Part shown: one piece after another, positions 21,728-33,132 of the stretch
Layout: every line of letters starts with the position of its first letter
Numbering within the stretch: the first letter of the stretch is position 1
Source of the DNA: Pelomyxa schiedti
Taxonomy: Eukaryota > Protista > Evosea
DNA length: 33,132 nucleotides
NCBI GenBank assembly: GCA_020536535.1
Contig: JAHLWZ010000985.1
Span: 1 to 33,132, forward strand
Reading direction: 5' to 3'
Translations under genes and position numbers: made by a program
Notes under the pieces: generated by a model
What the model saw: the letters and a program-made list of their open reading frames with translations, nothing else
Database searches by the model: none
Told to the model about the DNA's origin: nothing

Positions 21728-24700
21728 TTACATTTTGGATGCCCACATCTGTTTGGTTGGTGAGAGGAATGTTGTGCACAAAACATGGGAATTACCTTAA
21801 TGGAGTGGTCGGCTGAACCACTGAATAGAGTGTTCCCGTGAACCAGAAGTGCGTCGACGCTGCTTGAGTGCCGCACCATTGTTTGAGTGCACCGCCAGGT
21901 GTCTGTGCTCCACACTTTGATGCTACTGTCATATGACCCACTGAAGAAGCGGTTCTCTTGAACTCCCAAGGAGTACACAGCTCCAACATGGCCTTCCAGT
22001 CTGCGCATGCAAGTAAACGTCTCCATGTTCCATACCTTATGAAGTTAGTTTGGTTGCCAGACATCCTATCATGGCACCTCGATTGAGTTCTCGTAGATAC
22101 CCGCAAGTAGATACTTGTTACAAATTGCCAGTGCATATATACTCCCCCCATGTGATACTAGAGTTCTTACACATGTAAATCTTTCCAAGTCCCATTGCTT
22201 GAATAAGAAATGAGATGGTACATGGATCAAATCAAACGCAAACCTTTATCAAATTGTAAGACCCGCTATACAAGTAACCACCACCAGATGTTATAGCTCT
22301 CACCCAGTGGTTGTGCCCAACTAAAGTTGTTATGCATTCATAGGTGTCTAAGTTCCAGACCTAGAGTTGGTAAGGAGTAATAGGAAGAGGAGTGCAAAAT
22401 CACTTTGAGCTGTTGATGAGACCCACTAATCAAATAGCCAGCAGCAATAGTAAGTGCACAGACAGTATTATCATGTCCTGGGCATGTTGTGATGCATTCC
22501 ATTCGCTCCAAGTCCCACACCTTCACAAACAATGAAAAAAAAAAAAAAAAAAAAAATGAGTCAAGAGCTGGCGGGAAAAATGTGTTTCCTGGCGTGCCTT
22601 TATTAGTTTATCAGATGAACCGCTAAAAAGTTTATTCCCAATGGCAACTACAGCATGAACAATTCCTTCATGGCCTTTAAGCACTTGCTTGGTTTTTACA
22701 GATTTCAGGTCATTTAGATCCCACACCTAAGCTGTAAAATATATCATTTCCCCTTTAATACATATTTACACTGCGTACTCTTATTGTATAATCAGAAGAG
22801 GCACTGATTAGCATGTTTGCTGAAACAGTAAGAGCCCAAACAGGGCCAGTGTGCCCACTGAATGTACCCTTGCAATTAAGCTGTGGCTCAAGGTGAAGAG
22901 GATGCTCTTGTAAAAGTAAGAAAGCGATAATGCAGTGGTGTGGTACCTTCATGAGGGGGTGGTGGGGGTGGTAATGCGGAGATTTGATTTTTCATTTCTT
23001 GCAAAGCCTCCTTTGTCATTTCAACTGTTTGTTGGAGACCGGAGACTGTACTTTCAAGTTTATGTATTCTCTCTAGGACAATTAGTTTGGTGAACAGTGA
23101 GAAACAGGATGGGTGGGCACTTGATTTTGCGACCAGTTTTCCTGCAAGTTCCGCATACCTTGTTTCCATATTTGAGAGTTGCTCTTGCAGGCGATGATTT
23201 ACTTCGTCTCTTTCAATGATAATTTTACTGTGTAAGGTAGTGAGTGACTTCGTTCTTTGCTGAATGACACCCTACTTAAGGTCATTGATCTCTCGTGAGG
23301 TCTTCTTGATAAAAGATTTAATTTTTTCATATGTGCACTCCGACAAGTGTTGTTCAAGTTCTTCCTTTACACCCTCAAATTTGCAGCCAGCCTAGAAAAT
23401 AATTATGGTCAAAGCCTTACATTGGAAGTACTTTTCTATGGGGACAGGGTCTGTGATTACAAGTCTTCTTGTGCTCCACCATATCCATCCTCCTTAAAGG
23501 AGCACAACTTTCACTGTAGGGACATTGCTCCCAGGCATATTCACAAGTTTCCTTAACACTTGAGCGAAATTGGAAGTAAACAACTAAGGGAACCTGGTGA
23601 TGCAACAGGTCCGCCAATTGCACTTCCGCGGGGCATCCCTCTGGATCCGGGATAGGATCCCCATTATCATTTGATTTTACACCATATTTACATTTCACTA
23701 ATAACTCTTCAATTTGTCCAGCAAGCTGTAGGTATTGTGAGTGAGAGACTTTTAGTATTCTACCTACAGCAAGGTTCGCAACAAGGTCGTCAATTTTCAG
23801 TTCTCTATTATCAAGAGGACACAGAAAGATTTGAGCTTGTGCAGAGGATCGCCTGGTACTAGGTGGGAGTATTCCTGACGAAGACACCGAAGGAGGTGGG
23901 GGATTGCCTCCAATGGGTGGTGGTAAAATGCTATTGTTGTTGCTGTTTGCTGTGGATGCAACAACGTGTGAGGACTGCTGCTGTGACACACTTACTATGC
24001 AATGCAGGCAAAATGTGTGGCCACACTTAGCAATTACAGGATTCTAAAGAGGCCGTTATGGGCGAGATTGGAATGTGACAAATACCAAGAACAGGCCCTT
24101 GTGCAGTGGGCACAAGAGAGTCTTAGATGGTTTAGTCACGAAATACAAATCCTGGTCACCAGGAGTGATCGATATGAGGCTCGATCTTGTATGTGCAGCT
24201 GCCGCAGCTGAAGCAGACGCTGAGGCAGAGGCCATTGATATAGCTGTCGGGACGCTGGAAAGGCTTCCTATTGTGGAGGTGGGAGATGATGTAGAACGTC
24301 CCGTTTTGTTTGGCACACTTGTGGGGGAACTTACTGATGTTGCATTTGTTGATATTGGGGGTGGAGGGGGTGATTGCAGGTATTGTTGTCTATAGAAGGA
24401 ACTCGGAGGAAGACTGTGCCTATTATTTACACTACCTAGACTGCCAGGAATTACCGAGCTGTCAACATTGTCTTGGCAAGAGGCACTGGACGCTGTAGAT
24501 GAGGAGTGGCGGTGAAGTGGTCGCCTTGGTGAGGTGGGTGGAGTAATTTCCTGATAGTGGCATGGTAGGCTTGGAGAAGGAGAGTCATACAGATCGTCCT
24601 CGATGTCGTCTCCATAGGCCTCCTCATCATCCACGTCATACACCTCGTCGCCGTCGTTCTGATGGTGGAACAGCTCCGGCTGGTGTGGCCGTGCCTGGGG

Positions 24701-25195
24701 CGGCGGCTGCTGTTGCTGCGAAAAGCTCTGTCTCGAGTTCGAACGAGAGTGCGAGTGCTGGTGCGAGTGAGAATGCTCCGCAGAAGGGCGCTCCGACGCG
24801 CGGGAGTGCGAGCGGGAGCGCGAGTGCGTGGGAGTGGGAGGCGCCTGTATCGCCGGCGCCGGGATAAGCACGGGAGGCGGAGGCGCCGGCACGGGCACCG
24901 GGACGTACGACGGCGATCCCGGGGGGTCCGCGGGCGCGCCGATGGGCAAAGGAGGCAGCGGCGAGTTGCTCATCGCCGGCGGCGGAGGGATGTTCGAGGC
25001 GTCATTGAAATTGGTCGTTGTCGGCGGCGCCGGTACGACTGGCGGCGGGGGTATTGGCGGCGGCTGGATCTCGTCGTACGTAGTGGGCTGCGGGATCTCG
25101 CTGGGCTTGGTACTGCTGCTTACGGCATGTATGTTTGAGCTTGTTGTGCTGTGCCGGCTTCCGTGCTTGCTGCTTTTGCTTCTCGACGAGGACAT
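21728..25195 (-). CDS. TRAF7: TRAF7-like E3 ubiquitin ligase (Pro-rich N-terminus, RING, TRAF Zn finger, coiled coil, WD40 repeats)
   Basis: YFVTKPSKTLLCPLHKGLF...PVIAKCGHTFC...CPLDN; CKYG...DPEGCP; CKGTFSGHTGPVWAL; GHNHWVRAI...YLYSGSY; GGSIYALAI...YENSI; MVRHSSSVDAL. Each matches the TRAF7 pattern as I recall it. Confidence 0.85.
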
Positions 25196-25419
25196 TTATT
25201 ATTTTCTTTTTTGTGCCCGGAGATCTGGTGGACGTATTGTCGGTTACTAGAAATCGTAATATCCGGGCTTTGCAGTTTGTTTACAAAGTTTTTTCCTTTT
25301 GACATTTCTTTGCATTTCGTTTATTTATTTCCTTTCCGTTCCATCAGCATTATCTACGGCTGTGCGCTCCTTGGTCCTTGTGCTTACGAGGGAAGATCTA
25401 GATCTCCTAGTCACCCACT

Positions 25420-28377
25420 ATGCACAACAAAAGTGCCAGTGAGACTAGCTTTTTCCTTCCGTCGATAACAACGTCGTCGACTGTGTCGTACGGCCATTCT
25501 CGACAGCACACTAATTCCGATGAGGCTATTCCCGTTTTAAGACACCCTCTGGCGAGGCCGAGCCTTCACCACCACTCCAATCCTGAAATCACTGTTTCTG
25601 GTAGAAATTGTCCTGTTCACTCACAAACAACCTCAGTGACCAGTTTGTCACCAAAGTCTCCTTCTCCCACAACTTTCACGTTACCCCCTGTAACACAATC
25701 ATTCACGTCCGTATTCCACCCTGCACCTGTAACATACACCTCAGCAGCTAGGCTAGCCGACCCGTCTTTTCCTTCTTCCACTAAGTGTGTACTTTTTCCA
25801 CTTGCAACCTCATAACGACTGATCCCAATTCACAGCCACACAGCAACTACAAAAGCAACAGTGACTGTAGTGCCATATCCAACCGTGAGTTTTTCCATCT
25901 TCCCCCTGTGCTATTTCTTCCTTTTAAAATACCAGTGCTAGCATGTAGATACTTTTTCCACAGAAGGAAAAGTGGTACGGGAGGATGAAATCGTGTTAAA
26001 GTCCATGATTGGAGAAGGACAATTTGGTTTGTGACATTTCTTTCCCTATGCACAGATGCCACTTCCAAGTTGTAACATTTTCAAAAATCTTCAGGACAAG
26101 TATATGAAGCTGTATGCAGGCAGAAGCGAGTTGCTGTTAAACTTTTACCTTCAACCAATTTCAATGACGAGCAAATCGAAGAGGTTAAAAGAGAAATTCA
26201 AGTGATGTCGTAAGCAGTGTGTTTCATATTTGCAACACCTCACCACTGGTCCACCAAAAGAAAATTTTCACATCCAAATCTTTGCATGTATATGGGTGTT
26301 TGCACTGAATTCCAAGGGAAAATCGCTATCATAATGGAGCTGTACAATCAAAGTCTTGATAAACTCCTCTTTTCAACTCACCAGCTCTCACTCCCAATGC
26401 GAATGCGAATGGCCTTAGATGTTGCTCAAGGGATGAACTGGTATTATAGTTCTTTTTACTTTCTTTGGTGTTTATTTGGTACAGGTTACACTGCAACACT
26501 CCAAAACTTATACATTCCGACCTCAAGGCAATTATTTCAATATTGGGAGATCTCTGCCTTACATGATTCATCTAGGTGGGAAATATTCTGATAGCTGACA
26601 ACAATAGATGTGTAGTGAGCGACTTTGGGGAAGCAGAAATTTTTAGAGATGTTAAGGAGCAACAAAATTCCGGGGGAGGGTATGTTTATCTCCCTTTTTT
26701 TTAGCTAAGTGCCCTCTTGTAACTGTGCGTCTAGAACACTCCTGTATATGGCTCCAGAAAAGCTGCAAGTACTCCTATTATTTAGTTTTACTTTCGCATA
26801 ACCAAGCAATTCAAGAGCCAGTCATATACAGATAGCATCGATGTGTATAGTTTTGGGCTTCTCCTATGGGAGGTTAACATTTTCCATCTACATGCAATAG
26901 AATATATCCTTGCAACCGAGAATTTTTAAAATCTGCACAACAGTTGTTCACACGCCGCCGGGCGTTTGAAATGTACATAAATCAGCCTTGTGTTTCGTTT
27001 ATCACAGCAATATGCGAACGGGGGGAACGGCCCCAAATTCCTGAGGGTTGCCCGAACTCACTGAAGGTATGGACCATTTTAATCTTAAGAGAAGTCAAAA
27101 TACATTTTCACAGAGATTGATTGTAGCTTGTTGGTCACCAAATCCGGAACTGCGCCCACCGTGAGAAAATGTTTAATTTCTTTGTTGTTTATTGATACCT
27201 GTGTAGGTTTTCCACCATCATATCAGCTCTTCAGGAAGTGATTGTGGATTGCTCTTTCAATGAAAATACGGCCAGAAAGTTCTGGAAAGTGAATTTTGGC
27301 ACTAATGTAACACCATCTTTCATCATGGAGTGCTAACTTATAATCAAAAGGTGTCTGTTGAGTGGGTAATTTTCAGTCAAGCACTGCGCAATTTTTTGAG
27401 GCGGCACTCGACTTTTTGGATAAAAGCTTTGATTGGTGGGTATAACTTGGAGCTCTTTATTTCCATAACAACCACTTGAAGGGGAAAAGAAACCGTATAT
27501 AGCTAGTGGTGTCTCAGGAATACAGGGAGCTTCGACAAAGGGTACGGCTGCCTGGCAACGTAGTGGGGCTGAGTTGTATGTCAGCTGTGAAAAGTTTGGG
27601 AATCTGGTAACTTATTTTGGTCCATTGGTAAGAGAAGTAGGACCAATGAAATTGCTGTCCACGTGCTCACGGAAATCCACCAACTTCTTGGATAAGGTAT
27701 CACACTGTCTCCACTAAGGACAAACGCCGACTTACCTTCAAATACCAAGGTGCAATGCACGCTCATGTCTCCTTGGTTTCATGGGGAGATTAGCAGCGCT
27801 GATGCAGCGTGCTTCTCAGAGCATACCACAAACCCACGGCCTTTTTGATTCGTTTCAGTTCACGGGAGCCAGGGACATTCACACTTACTCGCATGTTCAC
27901 AAATGTAAATGGCGAGAGGGAAGTACAGCATCATCGACTCCCCAACACCCCAACTGGGCTCCAATTTGGAGCCATTGTATTCAGAAGCCTTGGTGAGTTC
28001 GTAAAGAGGGCTGCAGGACCCCTGCACCTCAAGAACCCTTTGACACCCAGCCCATACCATCACCATCAGACCGTCTGGCAAGACAAACTGACAAAGAAGC
28101 GCCACCAAGGCTTTTGTCCAGACTCTGGCGAATGCGGAAATTACGCCCCGCTTCCCACCGATCATCAGTCAACGTCAGCGTCAGCTTCAGCTTCGGCACC
28201 AACGTCAACGTCGCCAACGTCCCATGCGTCGCCCTCACTTCAGATCGATTCTGTGGATTCACCCTGTAAGTGTTCCCACCTCTTTCACCAGGAATAATTA
28301 TTAATGGCCCCTTCAATGCAGCGGGATTGGATCTCGTTGGTGCAATTGGCAAGTTCATCCAAGGCAAGAAGAGCTGA
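25420..28377 (+). CDS. TKL kinase with C-terminal SH2 domain (Dictyostelium SHK-like)
   Basis: IGEGQFG, VAVK, HPNLCMYMG, HSDLK, SDFG, YMAPE, DVYSFGLLLWE, CW; linker VSCEKFGNLVTYFGPL; SH2 WFHGEIS...FLIRFSSREPGTFTLT; TGA 28375-28377. Confidence 0.9.
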
Positions 28378-28515
28378 TGCAAAAAGAAAAAGAGCCCTAA
28401 CCCACACTGACAAACAAAAACCCGTACTTAGTGTGGAAGGAAGTGTTTGTCAATTTTGGAAAAAAAAAACTTTGTTGAATTAAATGCTCTTCTGTTTGTA
28501 TTTATACTCTGCTTC

Positions 28516-29884
28516 TTATTCACTATCATCTTCAGCATTGTCCTCTTCATCCCCCATCCCATAATTATCTTCTTCCTCGTCTTCTGTGCCCGTGGTCCTG
28601 TTTGTGGATGCGGTAGTTTCATAGAACTCTTGTATCTTTTTTTGCTCTGCGTCAGCTTTCTTCTTTTCTTCCTCTAACTGTAGTTTGGTTATTAGGAGAT
28701 AAGACTAAATTTGCAGAGGATACCCGGAGAGATTCTGCAATAGCCCAGCTTAGTTGGTCTTCATAATTGGTTCCTGTAGTTGGTTTGGATACTGGGGCAG
28801 CAGCAGGACGAATGCTTGCAACTTGTTTTGGTACCAGTTAGGTTGGGGTAAAATGACTCAGTATTGCCCAGCTTACTTTTATCATAAAGCTTTCTTAGGT
28901 CATCACTGTTTGGAACTTGGCGCAGCCCAACACGAGTGGCTTCTAAGGCACCGATTTTGTCTTGCATCTCATTCAAAGCAAATGCCAACCTGTAGTGTCC
29001 CTGTGCATGCTGGAGTTTTGTAAACTTAGGGCACTCAAACCTTTTCGTATATGGTGTCAAGAACTATACTCTCCTTTGAATCTCTAACCGACTCAGCAAA
29101 CCGAGAAACTTTGATATAACACTGAGCTCTGTTGCCAAGTATCACCGCCAGTAGTTTCTTGGAATGTGTGCTTGGTTCTGGAACAGACCTTCCCAGTCAG
29201 TGAGTATGTCTTTGTTACCATTAGGAGGATACTTCAAGTAATCAATTGCCATCCCATAGAGCTTTTATTAGGTTCGTTTGAGAAAATCAACAAAGCGAGG
29301 ATTAGCCAACCTGTATTGCTTTCAAATATTCCCCAGCCATAAACCACTTATTCCCCTCTTCCTTCCAAAGTTCCGCTGCAAAATAAGAATCACAAAATCA
29401 AGTGAGTACAAGTGATGTTGCGCCACGTAACACCACCGCCAAAACAATAAGAAGGAAAATGCGGAAAAAGCCAAAAACACAAACCTGGCAACCGAGTAAC
29501 GGTGTCACGGCAAACATCGCCCAACCTGCCTTGCGCTATCTGCTGTATCTGAATCTGAGTCTGTGCATCACCAACGCCGCTGCCAACTTCGCTTTCTCCC
29601 TCTCCTCCTTGTAGGTGTTGCTTATGTGAAAGCGTCGCCACCGCGTTCGCGATTTCCGCGATCTCGCAGGTCGCGTCGGCGGCAGTAGGAGCGTGTTGGA
29701 GGTTGCAGTTGCTGGTCGGCAGGTCGCGGGTTTTCGCCAACTCCACGAGATCCCAGATCGCGTCCGCCGCCGACGTGGCTATCGACGACGCTTCGGTGCC
29801 CCAGTCGTGCCCCGCAACTTGTTGTAACTTGGCTACAACTTGTGTCTTACGGTAGCGCTGCGGTTCTACGTCCCTCCCGGCCAT
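28516..29884 (-). CDS. TPR-repeat protein with C-terminal UIM-like motif and acidic tail
   Basis: ATG29884. Spliced AELWKEEGNKWFMAGEYLKAIQLYGMAI; AVILGNRAQCYIKVSRFAESVRDSKESIVLD; YEKGHYRLAFALNEM; YEDQLSWAIAESLR|LEEE; TAA 28516-28518. Confidence 0.75.
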
Positions 29885-30018
29885 TAGATTTGTGGTTACT
29901 CGTATAATGGACCCAACTTCCTCAGTTACAGGAAAAGTCGATTTACACAACAACCGAACAGAAACTCAGTCAAAGACTGATAGGACTCTCGTTCCCATTT
30001 GAGTTGTGTGCGTGATAG

Positions 30019-30192
30019 TGTCTATCAAGAAGAATTATTTTTGTTATTATTCCTATTTACAATCTTTCTGTGGTACAACGGCGGGTGATTCAAGGAAAGG
30101 CCATTAGAATGAACGCTCCGGCCGTTCCTGTGAATGGCCGGCTATGTCCCGAACCAAGTTCCCCGATGATTCTTGGAACTTGCTCTCTGACA
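30019..30192 (-). repeat. Putative 3' LTR (~174 bp)
   Basis: Begins TGTCAG after the PPT. The candidate end ...AATAATAACAAAAATAATTCTTCTTGATAGACA gives TGTC/GACA termini. The 5' LTR is not in the window, so the end is unverified. Confidence 0.45.
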
Positions 30193-33132
30193 GATTATCC
30201 TCCCCTTTTTGAAATTGTCGTCCTCGACAACTCCTAACCGCTTTGGTGCCGGTGGAGTAACTGCGTACAGCTTGTAGTCGCTGAGGCGGGCTGGAGGGTG
30301 GCGTTTTCGGGTTGGTCTGCTGGTATTCGTTGTTGGTGCGGTCACCGCTTTTGTCGGTGTTGAGTCGGCACCCGTGGTGGGCAGGTCTGCATCGCTATCG
30401 GCCTCCTTGTGGGTCGATTGTGCGGCTCGTGTTGATTGTGCAACTTGTGTTGTTGTTCTTGTTGTCTCGGGTGGTTTTGTGGGCTCTGGCGTTGTTGGTG
30501 GTTGCCACTCCGCGTCTCGTGGGTCAATGCCGCCATTGGCGTTGCGTGTAAGGGAAGGTACTTCTTCGTACTTTTCAATCTCTCTCTTCCTGTTTTGTCT
30601 CTTCCTTCCCTGCTTTTCTTCCCACCTTTGGTGTCGTTCTTCTTTTGTGTCCAGGGTGCCCTTGGGTTCCAGTGATGGATCAAATGTATCTCCTGCTGCA
30701 ATTTCTGGTGCTGCCTCTGGCGTTCTTGGGTAATACTCCTTGAGTCTGCTCACGTGGATCAGCTGGGCAAGGGGAAATCCTCTGTCATTCTCCAGTTGGT
30801 ACAGATTAGCATTGACTTTGTCAATGATGACAAAAGGGCCTTGCCAACGAGCTGCAAACTTCCTGCCCTCCTTGTCTTCATTCCGTGTGATCTGGTTCAC
30901 ATACATCCAGACTTGCTGTCCCACATGAAAGCTTGGAGGATTCTTCATTCGACCTCTCTCAGTTTCCTCCTGATGTAACTTTTCCTTTTCCAGATACATC
31001 CTAACAAATTTAAAGGACTCGTGCAAGCCTTGAATCCAGCGTTTCGTTTGCTGCTCAATGCCGCACCTTTCCTCCTCCCTCTCAAATTGCCTGTCCCCAG
31101 GCAATTGCATCTCCGTTCCGTGTGCCAGGAAGAAGGGAGTGTGCCTAGTTACGGCATTGGAGCTCGACCTGTAAGCACACAGCACCGGCTGGAGATAGAT
31201 ATCCCATTTCTGCTTGTGGCTATCTGCATAGATCCGTAGCATGTCAATCAGTGTCCTGTTGAAGCGCTCAACCTGTCCATTTGTCTGAGGTCTGTATGCT
31301 GTTGTTAACCTATGTTCAATGCTGAAAATCTTATTGACTTCTTCCACCAGATCATTCAAAAAGTGACTGCCTCTGTCTGAAATGAGGATGTCAGGGATCC
31401 CATGGCGGCAGATCCAGAAGTCAATAAATATTCGTGCAGTAGTTGCTGCGTCTGCACTGACTGTGGCAAAAGCCTCAGGCCACTTTGTGAAGTGGTCCAC
31501 GAATACCAGGATGTATTCGTTCCCTTGCTTGGTGCGTGTCAACTTACCAATATAATCCACACCAATCATCTGACGTGGTCTAGATGCAACTGGCAGGCTC
31601 ATGGGAACTCCCTTGTTCAAGTTGGATCTGTTCCTGTACTCTTGGCATTCCCGGCAGGTTTTGCAGTACTGCTGAATGTCCTGCGCCATCCCCTTCCACC
31701 AATATCTCCTCCTGACCTTGTCAAAGGTTCTAGCATATGACAGGTGGCCGCCTGCAAGCGGGGAATCATGAAGCTCTTGCAGGACTCCCTCCTTCATGCT
31801 GCTCGGCAATACTACACAAAGGTTTGGCATCTGTCCACGCCCAGCTGTGCACCATCTATACATAATGTCATCATCTCCCTTGAGAAACAGCTCTTTGGTG
31901 TGCCACAGCTCCCGGTTCCATTGCTTATCTCTAGAACCAATCTCTCTTCCACTGACCATGTTCTGTATGTCCAGAATGTTCTCATCAAGGCGCTGACTGT
32001 TTTGTATCTTGGCCTTGAGCTCATCTGCAACAATAAACAGGAGTTTATCTATCGGATAATGTGAGAGTGTGTGAGGTACTGCCATCTCTTTCCCAGGTTT
32101 GTGAATAATTGTGGGGTTAAATTGCAAAAGGGTTAGAGACCAGCGTGCCAGTCTTCCTGAAAGATTCTTTGCTTCCAGCAGATACTTCAGAGCAATATGA
32201 TCTGTATACAGGATAAGTGTTGAGCCATGAATATAGCTCCTCCAGTGCTTCATGGCATCCACCGCTGCCAAACATTCCCGCTCTCTGGTGTCGTAATTCT
32301 TCTCTGCCGGCGTCAGGCTTCTACTCCAGTAAGCTAATGTTACCCTCCTTTTATTAATTTCTTGAAACAAGACCGCTCCTAACCCGATTCCAGATGCATC
32401 AGATTCGATGCAGAAAGGTTCCTTACGCACTGGGAACCCCAATATTGGCGCTTCGACCATTGTGCGTTTCAACTCCTGGAATGCCCTCTGTTGTGGTTCC
32501 TCCCATATAAATACGCTATCTTTCTTATATAGTTCCACCAAGGGCTGGCTTTTGCTTGCAAAGTCTCTTATAAATCGCCGGCTGAAGCCCACCAACCCAA
32601 TGAACTGCTGCACATCAGCTGGTGTTTTTGGGGTTGGGAATTTGCTTACAGCTTCGACGTGGCTTAGGCTAGTTGCTATACCTTCACCAGAGATTCTGTG
32701 CCCAAGGTAAAGCAATTCCTTTTGAGCATACTGACCTTTATTCATGCATATGAATAGGTGGGCATCACTGAGCCTCTGAAGGACATGAATCAGCCTCTGA
32801 TTGTGTTCTGGCATGTCTCTTCCAAATATTAATATATCATCAATATACACAAGGCACTCCTCCCAGAGGAGGCCTCACAATATTAGATCCATGGCCCTTT
32901 GAAAAGTTGCTGGAGCATTGGAAAGACCGAATGGCAGTCTATTCCATTCGAACAGGCCACCTCTAGTGGTAAACGCGGTTTTGTTGCTTATCTTTCTCAG
33001 ATATTGGGATTTGCCAGTATCCACTGCATAAGTCGAGGAGCGAGAATACCTTCTGTCCCGCCAGTGTTGTTAAGCATTCCTCAATGTGTGGTAAAGGGTA
33101 TACATCCCTCTCTGTCACCATATTCAGCTTTC
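30142..33132 (-). pseudogene. pol: Disrupted Gypsy pol polyprotein
   Basis: Open for 902 codons from 32850, but the upstream RT has a 1-nt frameshift near 32983 (DKQ-c-KTAFTT) and an in-frame TGA at 32875-32877. Confidence 0.85.
30195..30210 (-). promoter_or_regulatory. Polypurine tract (plus-strand primer) of the retrotransposon
   Basis: AAAAAGGGGAGGATAA on the minus strand, 2 nt before TGT at 30192. Confidence 0.75.

Larger units (their letters stand above)
30019..33132 (-). mobile_element. Ty3/Gypsy LTR retrotransposon, 3' part (RT-RNaseH-integrase, PPT, putative 3' LTR); continues beyond the window
   Basis: Intronless pol in the order RT (YIDD), RNase H (DASG, ERE, TDH), integrase (HHCC, D-D-E, GPF); polypurine tract followed by TGT. 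Confidence 0.95.

Noticed and set aside
22535-22556. Long poly(A) run (also ~12233-12247) as a retroposition scar
   Set aside because: Intronic homopolymers with no target-site duplication or upstream element body.
28396-28404. CCCTAACCC telomere-like motif
   Set aside because: Only 1.5 units; expected by chance.
1-33132. CRISPR arrays, tRNA, rRNA or prokaryotic operons
   Set aside because: No regularly spaced repeats, no cloverleaf or T-loop context around GTTCGA hits, and genes are intron-rich.

Overview
Gene-dense eukaryotic DNA with many short (about 40-55 nt) spliceosomal introns, so the ORF track fragments every gene. I rebuilt the gene models by hand, and exon boundaries are predictions. 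The gene set (SHK-type TKL-SH2 kinase, cpRAS-vWA, MEF2, TRAF7) suggests an amoebozoan-type protist (inference). In order: MFS transporter (+); secreted bacterial-type C39-like Cys peptidase (+); R-S-ExE mono-ADP-ribosyltransferase fused to three tandem UBR-type zinc fingers (-); circularly permuted Ras with Zn finger and vWA (+); cationic amino-acid transporter (-); MEF2 MADS factor (+); LURP-one-like protein (-); SNAPC3 (+); PNPOx-like FMN-binding domain fused to an NmrA-like reductase (-); TRAF7 (-); non-RD TKL-SH2 kinase (+); TPR-UIM protein (-); and the 3' part of a decayed Ty3/Gypsy LTR retrotransposon (-) lying just upstream of the TPR gene. The most notable items are the ART-3xUBR fusion, the PNPOx-NmrA fusion, cpRAS, the intron-bearing C39-like peptidase, two GC-AG introns, and CpG-island-like 5' exons. 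I saw no rRNA, tRNA or CRISPR array.
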